Source: Planctomycetota bacterium
GTDB lineage: Bacteria > Planctomycetota > UBA1135 > UBA2386
NCBI GenBank assembly: GCA_046290465.1
Contig: JBKAGP010000001.1
Location: forward strand, 4,768,001-4,832,000
Direction: 5' to 3'
DNA: 64,000 bases
Positions within the stretch are counted from its first letter, which is position 1. Each line of letters begins with the position of its first letter. This document shows, in pieces, positions 1-10,103 of this stretch. The position numbers and the translations under genes are program-made. The notes beneath the pieces were generated by a model, which did no database searches, was not told where the DNA came from, and saw only the letters and a program-made list of their open reading frames with translations.

Positions 1-363
1 ATCGTCGGGCTGCTGGCGACCGTGTTCCTGCTGTTCGGCTTCCAGGCGCAGCGAGTGGTCGAGGATCCGCTGCTCATCGCGCTGATCGCGGTGCCGCTGA
101 CCGTGCAGACCTACCTGGTGTTCGCGGTCGCGTTCTTCTGGATGAAGGGCTGGCGGCAGCCGCACAGCATCGCCGCTCCGGGCGCGATGATCGGCGCGTC
201 GAACTTCTTCGAGCTCGCGGTCGCCGTCGCGATCAGCCTGTTCGGACTCGAGTCGGGCGCCGCGCTCGCGACGGTCGTCGGGGTGCTGGTCGAGGTGCCG
301 GTGATGCTGTCGCTGGTCGCGATCGCCAACCGTTCGCGCGCGGCGTTCGGCGGCGATCGGTAG
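1..363 (+). CDS. acr3: Acr3-family arsenite efflux transporter (3' part, runs off window start)
   Basis: Hydrophobic ORF with the Acr3 signature [16 protein letters not shown]...[17 protein letters not shown]. Confidence 0.92.
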   Translation: MVGLLATVFLLFGFQAQRVVEDPLLIALIAVPLTVQTYLVFAVAFFWMKGWRQPHSIAAPGAMIGASNFFELAVAVAISLFGLESGAALATVVGVLVEVPVMLSLVAIANRSRAAFGGDR

Positions 364-423
364 CGACGCCTGGGCGTCGGCGCGGTCGCGCTGCGCGGTC
401 GTAGCGCCTACGATGGGCAGAGC

Positions 424-783
424 ATGGCGAAGCTCTCCTCCGACGAACGCATCGCAAAGATGACGTTTGCCAGCGTCTATCCCTACTACGTCGACAAGGT
501 GGTCAAGAAGGGGCGCACCGAGCAGGAACTGCGTGAGGTGATCACGTGGCTGACCGGATTCACGGATGCGCAGATCGACGAGCAGATCGCCAGGCAGTCG
601 ACGTTCGCGCAGTTCTTCGACGAGGCCGAGCTGCACCCCAACGCGTCGCAGATCAAGGGCGTCATCTGCGGCTACCGCGTCGAGGAGATCGAGAACGAGC
701 TGACGCAGAAGGCCCGCTACCTCGACAAGCTGGTCGACGAACTCGCCAAGGGCAAGAAGATGGAGAAGGTGCTGCGCTCGTAG
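424..783 (+). CDS. DUF2200 family protein
   Basis: MTFASVYPYYVDKVVKKGRT...WLTG...IKGVICGYRVEEIE...RYLDKLVDELAKGKKMEK matches DUF2200 as recalled. Confidence 0.88.
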   Translation: MAKLSSDERIAKMTFASVYPYYVDKVVKKGRTEQELREVITWLTGFTDAQIDEQIARQSTFAQFFDEAELHPNASQIKGVICGYRVEEIENELTQKARYLDKLVDELAKGKKMEKVLRS

Positions 784-859
784 GACCGTTCCGAGCTGGC
801 GCGCGGATGGTGGGACTACGTCTCGGTCCCTGGCCTTGCAGATTCTTCAATCGGACCGC

Positions 860-875
860 TGGTACGGCGCTTGCA
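860..875 (+). promoter_or_regulatory. Sigma-54 (-24/-12) promoter candidate
   Basis: TGGTACGGCGCTTGCA = GG-N10-GC, near consensus TGGCACGNNNNTTGCW; predicted +1 near 886, ATG at 888. Confidence 0.6.
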
Positions 876-887
876 CCCGAGCAGGGC

Positions 888-1787
888 ATGAGACCTACCG
901 TTGCATGTCTTGCCATCGCTGCGCTGCTCTCGGGCACGTCCCCTGCTTCGGCGCCGACCGCGGCCGAAGACCGGCTACCGCGAGTTCAGGGCGACCTGTC
1001 GATCGCGATGTCGCTGGAGGATGCGTCCGCATCATCGGGCGGCAACTTTTCACTCGACTACACCGTCTGGAACACGAGTTCCGAGGAGGTCGAGACGGAG
1101 GTCGCGTTCTACCTGTCGGCAGACCCGGTCTTCGACAGCGGTGACACGTTCCTCGAGGATGAGGGCATCTCGATCGACGAGAACGACTCCGAGAGCGACA
1201 GCGAGCAGGTGACGCTGCCGCCGGTCGCGAACGGGGGCTACTATGTGCTCGCGTTCGTCGACCCATACCATCAGGTCTCGGAGAGCAACGAGAACAACAA
1301 CGTCGCCGCCGACTCGTTGTTCGTCGGTCCCGTGATCTCGGCCTCGACGGCAGTTCGGCTGCCGTGTACCGGCACGGTGTTGGCCAATGGCCTCCGGCCC
1401 TGGGCATCGACGCCAGAACTCGGGGACGACTTCGTGGTCGAGATCGATGACCCGTCGGACGCGGCCGGCCTCCCCACGGGAACGGCCACGCTCTGGCTCG
1501 TTACGACCCAGGCATTGCCCGGGCATCCCTGTGGCGTCGTGGTCGGCGGGCTCGGGCCGAACGGCGCCAACGCGGAAGTGATGATCCCGTTGGATCCGCC
1601 CCCGGTAATCATCCCGCCAACCATCCTGTTTGAGTGGGGTGGACCGGGCAACGGTGCGCTGCACGAACTCCTGATCCCCAGCACCATCGGCCTTGCCGGC
1701 GCCCAACTGTTCACCCAGGGGCTTTTCGTGGCGCCCGACGGTCGCGTCGTGCTGACCAATGGACTCGACGCGACGTTGGGCACCTGA
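888..1787 (+). CDS. Secreted CARDB-domain protein with shared C-terminal domain
   Basis: Signal peptide MRPTVACLAIAALL; FYLSAD and YYVLAFVDPYHQVSESNENNN (CARDB); C-terminus IPSTIGLAGAQLFTQ...LTNGL. The ORF-track start at 546 overlaps DUF2200 and is not used. Confidence 0.8.
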   Translation: MRPTVACLAIAALLSGTSPASAPTAAEDRLPRVQGDLSIAMSLEDASASSGGNFSLDYTVWNTSSEEVETEVAFYLSADPVFDSGDTFLEDEGISIDENDSESDSEQVTLPPVANGGYYVLAFVDPYHQVSESNENNNVAADSLFVGPVISASTAVRLPCTGTVLANGLRPWASTPELGDDFVVEIDDPSDAAGLPTGTATLWLVTTQALPGHPCGVVVGGLGPNGANAEVMIPLDPPPVIIPPTILFEWGGPGNGALHELLIPSTIGLAGAQLFTQGLFVAPDGRVVLTNGLDATLGT

Positions 1788-1852
1788 TCCACGGTGCGGC
1801 GTCGGGCCGCGAAGGAAGGGCAGGGCCCGCGGGTCCTGGCTACACTCTCGTC

Positions 1853-2164
1853 GTGACCGCTGACGACAGCTTCCAACGCGAATACGAGGAGGTCGCCGCA
1901 CCGCTGGCCGCGTGGGCGCACCTTCGCTGCCGCGGACCACTCGGACGCGTCGTCGACGCCGACGACCTGGTGCAGGAAGTGGTGCTCGCCGGGTGGCGGG
2001 CGCACGAGCGATTCGATCCGCAGCGCGGTGGCTTTCGGGCCTGGCTGTTCGGGATCGCCAGTCGCGTCGCCGCCGTGAGGCGATGGCGGCGGTCCTCGAT
2101 CGCCTCGACGAACTCGACGCCGAGGACCGCGATCTCGGACCTGCTGGCAGAGCACGGCGCCTGA
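1853..2164 (+). pseudogene. ECF sigma factor remnant (internal deletion plus frameshift)
   Basis: Region 2 (DADDLVQEV...FDPQRGGFRAWLFGIA) from GTG 1853; a pre-region-4 piece (EAMAAVLDRLDELDAEDRDL) continues in another frame from about 2077; no HTH follows. Confidence 0.7.
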
Positions 2165-2379
2165 ACGTGGTGCGCGTCGGCCGCATCAGCGATCGAACGG
2201 CGCGCCATGCCGAGCCAGCTCGGTCTCCAGTCGGGCGAGCGCGAACTGCCACACTTGACCTCGAGCGGTGCGCAGCCAGAGGGCGCCGTCGTCGTCGAAC
2301 GTCAGGTCACGCGCTGCGCGACCGATGCCAGTGACCTCGAGCGACGCAACGAACAAGGGACGTGCGGTCCGATGTGACC

Positions 2380-2627
2380 TACGCGGCGTTCACGCAGGAT
2401 TCAGCCTCGCCGGCGTCGGGGCGAGCGGGTGCTTCGCCCACATCAACGGCAACCTCGGTGACTTCCCGGCGCCCGTCGTCGGCGGCAACGCCACCTACGA
2501 TCCGCCGATCCCCGCAGACCCGGTGCTGTCCGGAGCGGTGTTCTTCGCCCAGCTGGTCGCATCGTCGCCGGCCACCCCGCTCGGCCTGGTCACCTCCAAC
2601 GGCTTCGCCGGCCCCCTCGGTCTCTGA
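2380..2627 (+). pseudogene. Orphan C-terminal-domain fragment of a secreted protein
   Basis: Only the tail (PIPADPVLSGAVFFAQL...LVTSNG) looks coding; no signal peptide or credible start; 5' boundary approximate. Confidence 0.55.
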
Positions 2628-2644
2628 CCCCGACGACCCACGAA

Positions 2645-2715
2645 CACCGCATACCGAACCGGGTTCATCCTGCGCCAGTTCCTGGCGCAGGATGAACCCG
2701 GTTCAGTATGCGGTG
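2645..2715. repeat. REP-like palindrome, copy 1
   Basis: 34-bp arms (CACCGCATACCGAACCGGGTTCATCCTGCGCCAG), one mismatch, 3-nt loop, between convergent genes. Confidence 0.9.
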
Positions 2716-2738
2716 CCGTACAGCGGGTCGGTATGCGG

Positions 2739-3290
2739 TCACGCGAGGGGGTGGAGGTGGTCGCAGCCGGCGGCGGTGAGTTCGGCCTGGGTGGGGACGA
2801 AGTCGACGATCAGGATGGTGCGCGGGGTGGTGCCCTGGTGGCGGACTTCGTGGGTGCATCGTGGGTCGAAGACCAGGCACTGGCCGTCGGTCCAGTGGCA
2901 CGGTTCACCGTTGACGCGCATCCACGCGCCGGCGTCGACGGTGATGCCGAGGTGGACGCGCAGGTGGTGTGGGCCGTCCAGGTCGCGGTGCGGGCGAACG
3001 TGGCAGCCGGGCTGCATGCGCGAGAACACCAGGGTCATCGCGTCGTCGGCAAGGTGCTGCCACGTGCCCGGGCACAGCGAACGCACCCGATCCTCGATCG
3101 CGGGCAGCGTCGGCGGGCGATGGCGCAGGTAGAGCGGCAGCACCCGGACGTCGCCGTAGACGTCGCTCTGGTTCGGCCAGCCGACCCACAGGTCATCGGG
3201 CACGCCGGCCAGTTCGTCGCGGATCGTCGCGTGCGCTGCGCGCAGGCGTTCGCAGATCGGAAACGCGTCGGCGGGCAGCAGGGCGGGCAT
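2739..3290 (-). CDS. Aspartyl/asparaginyl beta-hydroxylase family (2OG-Fe(II)) protein
   Basis: FSRMQPGCHVRPHRD...LRVHLG...WTDGQCLVFD...HEVRHQGTTPRTILIVD. Confidence 0.85.
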   Translation of the reverse strand: MPALLPADAFPICERLRAAHATIRDELAGVPDDLWVGWPNQSDVYGDVRVLPLYLRHRPPTLPAIEDRVRSLCPGTWQHLADDAMTLVFSRMQPGCHVRPHRDLDGPHHLRVHLGITVDAGAWMRVNGEPCHWTDGQCLVFDPRCTHEVRHQGTTPRTILIVDFVPTQAELTAAGCDHLHPLA

Positions 3291-3679
3291 GCGGTCAGGG
3301 CTGGTAGGTCTGCGGCAGCGTCAGGTCGGTGACGGGCCGGTCGTCGTCGGGGTGCAGCTCGAGTCCGCGCGCGAGCGCGCGGCACCGTTCGCGCGCCGCG
3401 CGCCGTGCGTCGCTGGTCGGCCGGCGGGCACGCGTGCGGGCCCGGATCATGGCCGAGCGGCAGCAGGTGGTCCGTCAACTGCAGCACCTCGCGCTCGCAG
3501 CTCGCGTCGAGCCACGGCATGGCGCGGTCTCGTTCGCCGAGGCGCAGGTCCTGCACGGCGGCGAGCTCGGTGGCCCCGATCGGGACGTTCGAGCGTTCTG
3601 GCTCCAGCGTGCCGGCGCAGGGGCCGAAGCACCGGATCGGTGAGGAACGAGGTCGGCCATCCCAACACGGAGAGGGACC

Positions 3680-4123
3680 ATGACCTTGATGCTCGAACCG
3701 GAACTTCATCCTGCGCCGCAAGACCAACTGGCGGACGGCGCGCTCGGCTGGGCCGCACCCGGCGCTCCGAACGTCCTGATCGTCGAGGACGACCACGACC
3801 TCCAGGAGGGGTGGTCGGTCTTCCTGCGGCATCGCGGCTACGGCGTGCAGACGGCGCTGGACGGATGCACGGGCCTGAAGGCGATCGAACAGGACTAGCC
3901 GGACATCGTGCTGCTCGACCTCGGGCTGCCCGGCATGCACGGCTTCAAGGTCCTGCACGAGGTGCGCATGCGACAGCAGCACGCGCGGATCCTGGTGGTC
4001 ACCGCGGAGTCGTCCCCCGAGGCGGACGCCCGGGCCCGGCGACTCGGCGCGGCCGCCGTGCTGTGCAAGCCGGTCGATCCGCGCGCGCTGTGTGCGACGA
4101 TCCAGGACCTGCTGGACGCGTGA
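3680..4123 (+). pseudogene. Single-domain response regulator interrupted by in-frame TAG (3896-3898)
   Basis: VLIVEDD...EQD*PDIVLLDLGLPGMHG...VVTA...KP is a continuous receiver domain in one frame. Confidence 0.85.
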
Positions 4124-4162
4124 GCCGCTGGCCGCGGGCCGCTCGTCCAGGATGGCGTTCGC

Positions 4163-7100
4163 TCAGCTGCCGATCTGCACGTGCAGGCCGCCGCTGAGCG
4201 AGAAGTCGCCGAGGAACGGTCCGCCCGGCGTGAACACCGCCCACTGGAAGAACACGCTGCCGCCGAGCAGCAGCGGGTCGTTGGGCACCGGGACCGGCGT
4301 CATCGCGCGGCCGGAGGCGTTGGTGAACGACGCGCTCAGCAGGATCGGCGGCGGCGCGATCCAGATGGTGCAGCCGTTCGCCAGCGGCAGCTGCGCCGGC
4401 AGGTTGGCGCCGGCGGGCACCGCGATCGTGCCGGCCGGGGCCCGCTCGACGGTCACCGCGAACGACGGGTTGGCGAGGGTCGGCATGCCGAGCGCGCCGA
4501 TCTTCGGCGTCGCCGTTCCGGGCGTGGCGCAGCCGTCGCCGAACGGCAGCACGAACGGCAGGTCCTCCTGCTCCGCGTCGAGCACCCACGGCTCGATGCC
4601 GGTCACGCCTTCGTCGCAGCCGAACACCGCGAACGTGCCGCTCGCGAGCAGTTCGCCGACGAAGCCCGCGCCGAAGCCGGTGCCGCCGAACGACGTGACC
4701 GGGACGGTGTTGGCGGCGGTGCCGTCCGAACGCCACAGCTGCAGGCCGTGGTGCAGGTCCGACGCGGCGAACAGCAGCTGGCTGCCGCCGAGCATCGGCG
4801 TCAGCGTGCCCTCGATCGGGCCGTCGACGAGGCCCGGCCCGATGTCGGCGACCATGGCGGTGCCGGCGATCGTGCCGTCCGAGAACCACAGTTCGAGGCC
4901 GCTGCCGCTGTCGTCGTCGTTGACGTAGAACACGCCGCCGGCGGCCGCGGCGATCGCGTGATCGTCCCAGGGCAGCCCGGAGAAGATGTCCAGTTCGGTC
5001 GCCGTGCTGCCGTCGAACCCGAACAGCCGGTGCGCGCCGCCCGGCGTGCCGACGAAGAACAGCCGGCCGTCGCCGACGGCGAGGTCCTCGGGCGACGACG
5101 ACGGCACGCCGGGGGCCACGTCGGCCGCCAGCATCGTGCCGGCCGCGGTGCCGTCGGTGCGCCAAAGTTCGCGGCCGTAGCCCTGCGCGTCGGCCGCGAA
5201 GTAGAGCACGCCGTCGAAGACGATCATCTCGTCGGGTTCGCTCGAGTCGATGCCGGGCTCGAGGTCGACGACCATCTGCGTGCCCGCCGGCGATCCGTCG
5301 GTCACCCACAGCTCGACGCCGTGCACGCCGTCGTCGGCGGCGAAGAACGTCAGGCCGCCGAGCGTGACCAGCACGGCGTCCTCGTCGATGCCGTCGGCGG
5401 GACCCGGCATCACGTCCAACACCTGGCTGGTGCCGGCGACCGTGCCGTTGCTGCGCCACAGTTCGCGGCCGTCGGGGCCGGCGGCGTGGAACAGCACGCG
5501 GTTGCCGTTGCGCACCAGGTGCCGCGGGTCGAGGTCGATCGCGGCGTTGGTCATCTGGGCGAACGTGTTGGCCAGCGTGTCGGCGACGAACAGCTGGTGC
5601 AGGCCCGCGACCTCCGCGGCGAAGAACACCTCGTCCCCGCGCGGCGTCAGCCACTCGGGGTTGCTGTCGGTCGGGCCGGTGACGACGTCGGCCACCAGCT
5701 GCGTGCCGGCCGAGGTGCCGTCGGTGACGTGCAGTTCGCGCCCGACCAGGCCGCCCGCGGCGGCGAACACGATCCGCCCGTCGTCGAGCCGGGTCCAGCC
5801 GCCCGGGTCCGAGTCGGTCGGGTTGCGCTGGATGTCGGCGAGCAGGAACGTGCCGGGGATGGTCCCGTCGCAGAAGGTGGGATCGTCGTTGTAGACGCCT
5901 GCGATCTCGCTCCAGCACAGCACCCCGTTGCCGAACGCGGCGAGCCTGCTGGCCCGCAGGCCCTGCGGGCCGATGAGGAAGTTCGCCAGCAGGAACGTGC
6001 CGGCCGCGGAGCCGTCGGTCTGGTAGATCTCGGTGCCGGTCACCGGATCGGAGGCGGTGAACCAGACGACGTTGCCGACCTGCACGAACTCGCCGGGGTA
6101 GCTGCTGCCGCCGGGCACGAGGTCGGCGATCAGGTAGGTGCCGGCCGTGGTGCCGTTGGTGCGGTACGGTTCGCCGCCGTCGGGGCCGTCAGCGTAGAAC
6201 ACCGCGTAGTTGCCGAAGCTGGTCAGGTCGCGCGGGCCGCTGCCGGCCGTGCCGGGGTTGATGTCGGCGAGCAGCGCGGTGCCGGCGGCCGTGCCGTCGG
6301 TGAGGTAGAGCTCCTCGCCGCTCGGGCCGTCGGCGACGAACAGGCAGTCGTTGCCGACCACGACCCACTGCTCGGGATCCGAACCGTTCGCGCCCGGCTC
6401 CAGATCGGCGAGACGGAACGTGCCGGCGGCGGTGCCGTCGCTGATCCACGGTTCGTGGCCGTCCTGCACGTCGGTGCTGAACACGAGCTTGTCGCCGAAC
6501 CTGCCGAGGTTCTCGAAGTCGGTGTCGGCCGGTCCCTGCGTCAGGTCCGCGACCAGGACCGTGCCGGCCGCCGTGCCGTCGGACACGTAGAGTTCGTCGC
6601 CATGGGTGCCGTCGTCGGCGACGAAGAACACGCGGTTGTCGACGGCGGTCAGGTCGCGCACGAAGAAGGCCCCCGGGCCCGGCGCGATGTTGGCGACCAG
6701 GAACGTGCCGGCGGCAGTGCCGTCCGAACGCCACAGGTTCTCGCCCTGACTGTCGTTGGCCGCGAAGTAGACGACGTTGCCGACGCGGCACAGGTCCGAC
6801 GGGTTCGAACCGCGCGAGCCCGGATAGATGTCCTTGACCAGCACCGTGCCGGCGGGGGTGCCGTCGGTCTTCCACAGCTCGTAGCCGAGTCCTGGCACCT
6901 TGGCGCGGAACAGCACCTCGTTGCCGAGCGCGCACATGTAGAACGGCAGGCTGTCGCCGTTGGGGGTCAGGTCGGCCAGCAGCACCGTGCCGGCGGGGGT
7001 GCCGTCGGTCACGTACAGCTCCTCCCCGTGGGCGCCATCGGCGCGGAACACGGCGCGCGTGCCGTTGGCGAACACGGTGAACTCGCTGCCGCCGGAGTTG

Positions 7101-7216
7101 ACGCCGGTCGATGCGGTCGGGAACAGGTCGGCGAGCTGGCTCTGGGCCGCGGCCGGGACCGCTGCGGCGAGGGCCGCGAGGAGCGGCGGGACGGTTCGTA
7201 GGAGCGTGCGGTACAT
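4163..7216 (-). CDS. Secreted ELWxxDGT-repeat protein (~1017 aa) with shared C-terminal domain
   Basis: Many ELW/Y-x-(T/S)DGTxxGT repeats; signal peptide from ATG 7216; C-terminus VPNDPLLLGGSVFFQW...LSGGL. Confidence 0.92.
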   Translation of the reverse strand: MYRTLLRTVPPLLAALAAAVPAAAQSQLADLFPTASTGVNSGGSEFTVFANGTRAVFRADGAHGEELYVTDGTPAGTVLLADLTPNGDSLPFYMCALGNEVLFRAKVPGLGYELWKTDGTPAGTVLVKDIYPGSRGSNPSDLCRVGNVVYFAANDSQGENLWRSDGTAAGTFLVANIAPGPGAFFVRDLTAVDNRVFFVADDGTHGDELYVSDGTAAGTVLVADLTQGPADTDFENLGRFGDKLVFSTDVQDGHEPWISDGTAAGTFRLADLEPGANGSDPEQWVVVGNDCLFVADGPSGEELYLTDGTAAGTALLADINPGTAGSGPRDLTSFGNYAVFYADGPDGGEPYRTNGTTAGTYLIADLVPGGSSYPGEFVQVGNVVWFTASDPVTGTEIYQTDGSAAGTFLLANFLIGPQGLRASRLAAFGNGVLCWSEIAGVYNDDPTFCDGTIPGTFLLADIQRNPTDSDPGGWTRLDDGRIVFAAAGGLVGRELHVTDGTSAGTQLVADVVTGPTDSNPEWLTPRGDEVFFAAEVAGLHQLFVADTLANTFAQMTNAAIDLDPRHLVRNGNRVLFHAAGPDGRELWRSNGTVAGTSQVLDVMPGPADGIDEDAVLVTLGGLTFFAADDGVHGVELWVTDGSPAGTQMVVDLEPGIDSSEPDEMIVFDGVLYFAADAQGYGRELWRTDGTAAGTMLAADVAPGVPSSSPEDLAVGDGRLFFVGTPGGAHRLFGFDGSTATELDIFSGLPWDDHAIAAAAGGVFYVNDDDSGSGLELWFSDGTIAGTAMVADIGPGLVDGPIEGTLTPMLGGSQLLFAASDLHHGLQLWRSDGTAANTVPVTSFGGTGFGAGFVGELLASGTFAVFGCDEGVTGIEPWVLDAEQEDLPFVLPFGDGCATPGTATPKIGALGMPTLANPSFAVTVERAPAGTIAVPAGANLPAQLPLANGCTIWIAPPPILLSASFTNASGRAMTPVPVPNDPLLLGGSVFFQWAVFTPGGPFLGDFSLSGGLHVQIGS

Positions 7217-7300
7217 GGGATCCCCGAGGCAGCGACCGGCTGCTGGACGCGTTACCGGGGAATCGCATTTCCGTCCCGGGCCCTGGGTAGGCTGTGCCGC

Positions 7301-8968
7301 ATGCGACGCCTCCTCGCTCGTCCCTCGGCCCTTGCCACCGCGATCTGGGCCATCTCGAACCTCGTTCCGGCGAACGCCCAGCAGCCCGGCTTCGCGCGCG
7401 TGTTCGACGACCACATGGTGCTGCAGCGGGGCGAGCCGTGTGCCGTCTGGGGATGGGGCACGGCCGGCGAGCAGGCGGTGGTGCGCTTCGGCGGGCAGGA
7501 GCACACCGCCACGGTCGACAGCGACGGTCGCTGGGCGGTGCGCCTCGATCCGCTGGCGGCCAGCGCAAAGGGGCGTGCGCTGACGCTGGCGCTGGGCGGC
7601 GCCCGGTTCGCGCTGCAGGACGTCGTGGTCGGCGAGGTCTGGGTCTGCGGCGGCCAGAGCAACATGGCCTGGACGCTGCGCAGCAGCCGCGACGCCGACC
7701 TCGAGCTGGCCTGCGCCGACGACCCGCTGCTGCGCTACGTTCGCCTGCCGCTCGAAGCGCGCGGCGAGCCGCGACGCGACTACGTGCGGCCGGAGCACGG
7801 CGGCCAGGGCAAGGGCTGGCGGGCGATCGACGCCGATGCCGCCAGGGACTGCACCGCGGTCGGCTACTACTTCGCGCAGCGGCTGCGCCGCCACCTGAAG
7901 GTCCCGGTCGGCCTCGTCGACGTGTCGTGGGGCGGCACGCTGGCGCAGTTCTGGGTGTCCAAGCCGCGGCTGCGCACGTTCGCGTCGGTGCAGCCGGAGT
8001 TCGAACGCTACCAGCGCGAGCTCGCCGCGTGGATCGAGGGCGGGCGCGAGCAGGGGGCCATCGGTCGCTACCAGGCCGCGCTCGCCGAGTGGGAACGCGC
8101 CTGCGCCACCGCGCGCGAAGCCGGCGAGCGCGAGCCGCGCAAGCCGGGCACCGGCGCCTTCGAGAACCCGGCGCACAAGCGCCATCCCGGCGGCGGCTAC
8201 GACGGCATGCTGGCGCCGCTGCGCGGGCTGTCGATCCGCGGCGCGCTCTACTTCCAGGGCGAGAACAACGCGTTCGGCGACATGTACCTGCCGTTCCCCG
8301 ACACGTATCCGGCGGTGATCGCCGAGTGGCGCGAGCTGTTCGGCGACGCGGCGCTGCCGATCGGCCTGATCCAGATCGGCGGCTGGAGCACGCGGCGCAC
8401 GATGACCTACGACATGAACCACCACACCAACGCGGTGCGCGAGGTGCAGTTCGACACGTGGCGGCGCACGCCGCACACCGGGCTGGTGGTGACGTTCGAC
8501 CTCAACTCCGACGCCAACATCCACCCCGGCCACAAGCGGCCGGTCGGCGAACGCGCGGCGCGCTGGGCGCTCGCGGAGGTCTACGCGCAGAAGGGCCACG
8601 ACGGCAAGCCGCTCCGGTGGCGTGGTCCGATCTACGCGTCGAGCGAGGTGAAGGGCGACCGCATCGTCGTGCGCTTCGAGGAGGGCACCGCCAACGGCCT
8701 GCGCCTCGACAAGTCGCAGGCGCTCGGCTTCTACCTCGCCGGCGAGGACCGCGAGTTCCACGTCGCCGATGCCCGGGTCGTCGACGGCTCGACGGTCGAG
8801 GTGTTCTGCGCGGCCGTGCCGGCGCCGATCGCGGTCCGCTACGCGTGGTCCAACCTGCCGCTCGGCACGCTGATGAACGGCAAGGAGTTGCCGGCCTACC
8901 CGTTCCGCAGCGACGACTGGCCGCTCCGGCCGCACCGGTCGGAGGGCAGCTACGTGCGACGCCGGTAG
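7301..8968 (+). CDS. Sialate O-acetylesterase family protein, secreted
   Basis: FDDHMVLQRG, VGEVWVCGGQSNM, YFQGENN, IHPGHKRPVGER, VRYAW. Confidence 0.9.
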   Translation: MRRLLARPSALATAIWAISNLVPANAQQPGFARVFDDHMVLQRGEPCAVWGWGTAGEQAVVRFGGQEHTATVDSDGRWAVRLDPLAASAKGRALTLALGGARFALQDVVVGEVWVCGGQSNMAWTLRSSRDADLELACADDPLLRYVRLPLEARGEPRRDYVRPEHGGQGKGWRAIDADAARDCTAVGYYFAQRLRRHLKVPVGLVDVSWGGTLAQFWVSKPRLRTFASVQPEFERYQRELAAWIEGGREQGAIGRYQAALAEWERACATAREAGEREPRKPGTGAFENPAHKRHPGGGYDGMLAPLRGLSIRGALYFQGENNAFGDMYLPFPDTYPAVIAEWRELFGDAALPIGLIQIGGWSTRRTMTYDMNHHTNAVREVQFDTWRRTPHTGLVVTFDLNSDANIHPGHKRPVGERAARWALAEVYAQKGHDGKPLRWRGPIYASSEVKGDRIVVRFEEGTANGLRLDKSQALGFYLAGEDREFHVADARVVDGSTVEVFCAAVPAPIAVRYAWSNLPLGTLMNGKELPAYPFRSDDWPLRPHRSEGSYVRRR

Positions 8969-9025
8969 CCCCGCGAACGCCCTCCGCCCCTGTTCAACCC
9001 GCCTGGACTGCGGTATCCCGTACGC

Positions 9026-10096
9026 ATGAAGCGGGTCTGCATCGTGTCGGGTCTGTGCCTGCTCGCCGCGGCGCTACCGTCGCAGCGACGGGGGGGCGAG
9101 CACTTCGAACTGACGCCGGCGCGGTTGGCGCAGCGGTTGACGCGCAAGCTCGAACTGCCGGACGCCTGTGGTGCTGCGTGGTGCGGGCTGCTCGAGATCG
9201 GACCGCCGGCCGTCCGGCCGCTGGTCGCGGCCACCTCGGATCCGCGCGAGGACGTCGCGATCCGCGCGATCTGGGTGCTCGGTCTGTTGCGCGAGGATGG
9301 CGACGCGGCGTTGCCGCACCTTCGCAAGCTCGCGGCGGGCGACGATGCGCCGCGCAAGGTCGCCGCGGAATGGGCGATCGACCGGATCGCGTTCCGCGGT
9401 CGCCTGCTGGCCGACTACTCCGACAACTCGGTCGTGCACCTGGGCGCCGACGGCGAGCAGGTTCGCAAGATCAAGGGGCTGAAGGGGGCGTGGCACGCCG
9501 AGCCGATCGGCGGTGGGCGGCTGCTCGTCAGCGAATACACCGGTGGCCGGGTCGTCGAGATCGACGCCGACGACAAGGAGGTCTGGAAGTTCGAGGACGT
9601 CGAGAACCCGTACGGCGCGCAGCGGCTGCCCAACGGCAACACGCTGGTCGCCGACGCCGGCAACCAGCGCGTCGTCGAGGTGTCGCGCGCCGGCAAGGTC
9701 GTCTGGGAGAAGACCAAGCTGAAGCGGCCGGTCTGGGTGCGGCGGCTGCCGGACGGCACGGTGCTGATCGCCGAGCAGAACGGCGACGCGCTCGAGTTCG
9801 GACCCGACGGCAAGCTGGTGCGCCGGATCACCAAGCTGGAATCGCCGATGTGCATCGAGCGGCTGTCGGACGGTGGCCTGCTGGTCACGGCGCACCGCGC
9901 CGGCAAGCTGTTCGAGTACGGCAAGGATGGCGCCGAGCCGCGCGTCGCGCGCGACTTCGTGCAGGCGCAGACCGCGCGGCGGCGCCGCGACGGGCACACG
10001 TTGATCGCGAGCACCACGCAGTGGATCGAGCTCGACGCCGACGGCAAGGAGGTCTGGCGGCGCAAGGGTTCGTACGCGGTCGGGGTGTTCTGGTAG
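9026..10096 (+). CDS. Secreted HEAT-repeat plus beta-propeller protein
   Basis: Signal peptide; short HEAT unit; repeated AQRLPNGNTLVAD...RVVEV...GKVVW blades. Confidence 0.75.
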   Translation: MKRVCIVSGLCLLAAALPSQRRGGEHFELTPARLAQRLTRKLELPDACGAAWCGLLEIGPPAVRPLVAATSDPREDVAIRAIWVLGLLREDGDAALPHLRKLAAGDDAPRKVAAEWAIDRIAFRGRLLADYSDNSVVHLGADGEQVRKIKGLKGAWHAEPIGGGRLLVSEYTGGRVVEIDADDKEVWKFEDVENPYGAQRLPNGNTLVADAGNQRVVEVSRAGKVVWEKTKLKRPVWVRRLPDGTVLIAEQNGDALEFGPDGKLVRRITKLESPMCIERLSDGGLLVTAHRAGKLFEYGKDGAEPRVARDFVQAQTARRRRDGHTLIASTTQWIELDADGKEVWRRKGSYAVGVFW

Positions 10097-10103
10097 GTCG
10101 TCG

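Noticed and set aside
3295..3520. Possible small frameshifted minus-strand gene upstream of the hydroxylase
   Set aside because: Needs a frameshift to read sensibly and has no recognisable motif.
3896..3898. Pyrrolysine or programmed readthrough of the TAG in the response regulator
   Set aside because: The position is a variable loop residue, not catalytic, and no pyl genes are visible; mutation or sequencing error is simpler.
4181..7201. Very long antisense or alternate-frame ORFs (also 23764-27471, 53128-57060, 59282-63076)
   Set aside because: Shadow ORFs of high-GC genes; no motifs, and they overlap well-supported CDSs.
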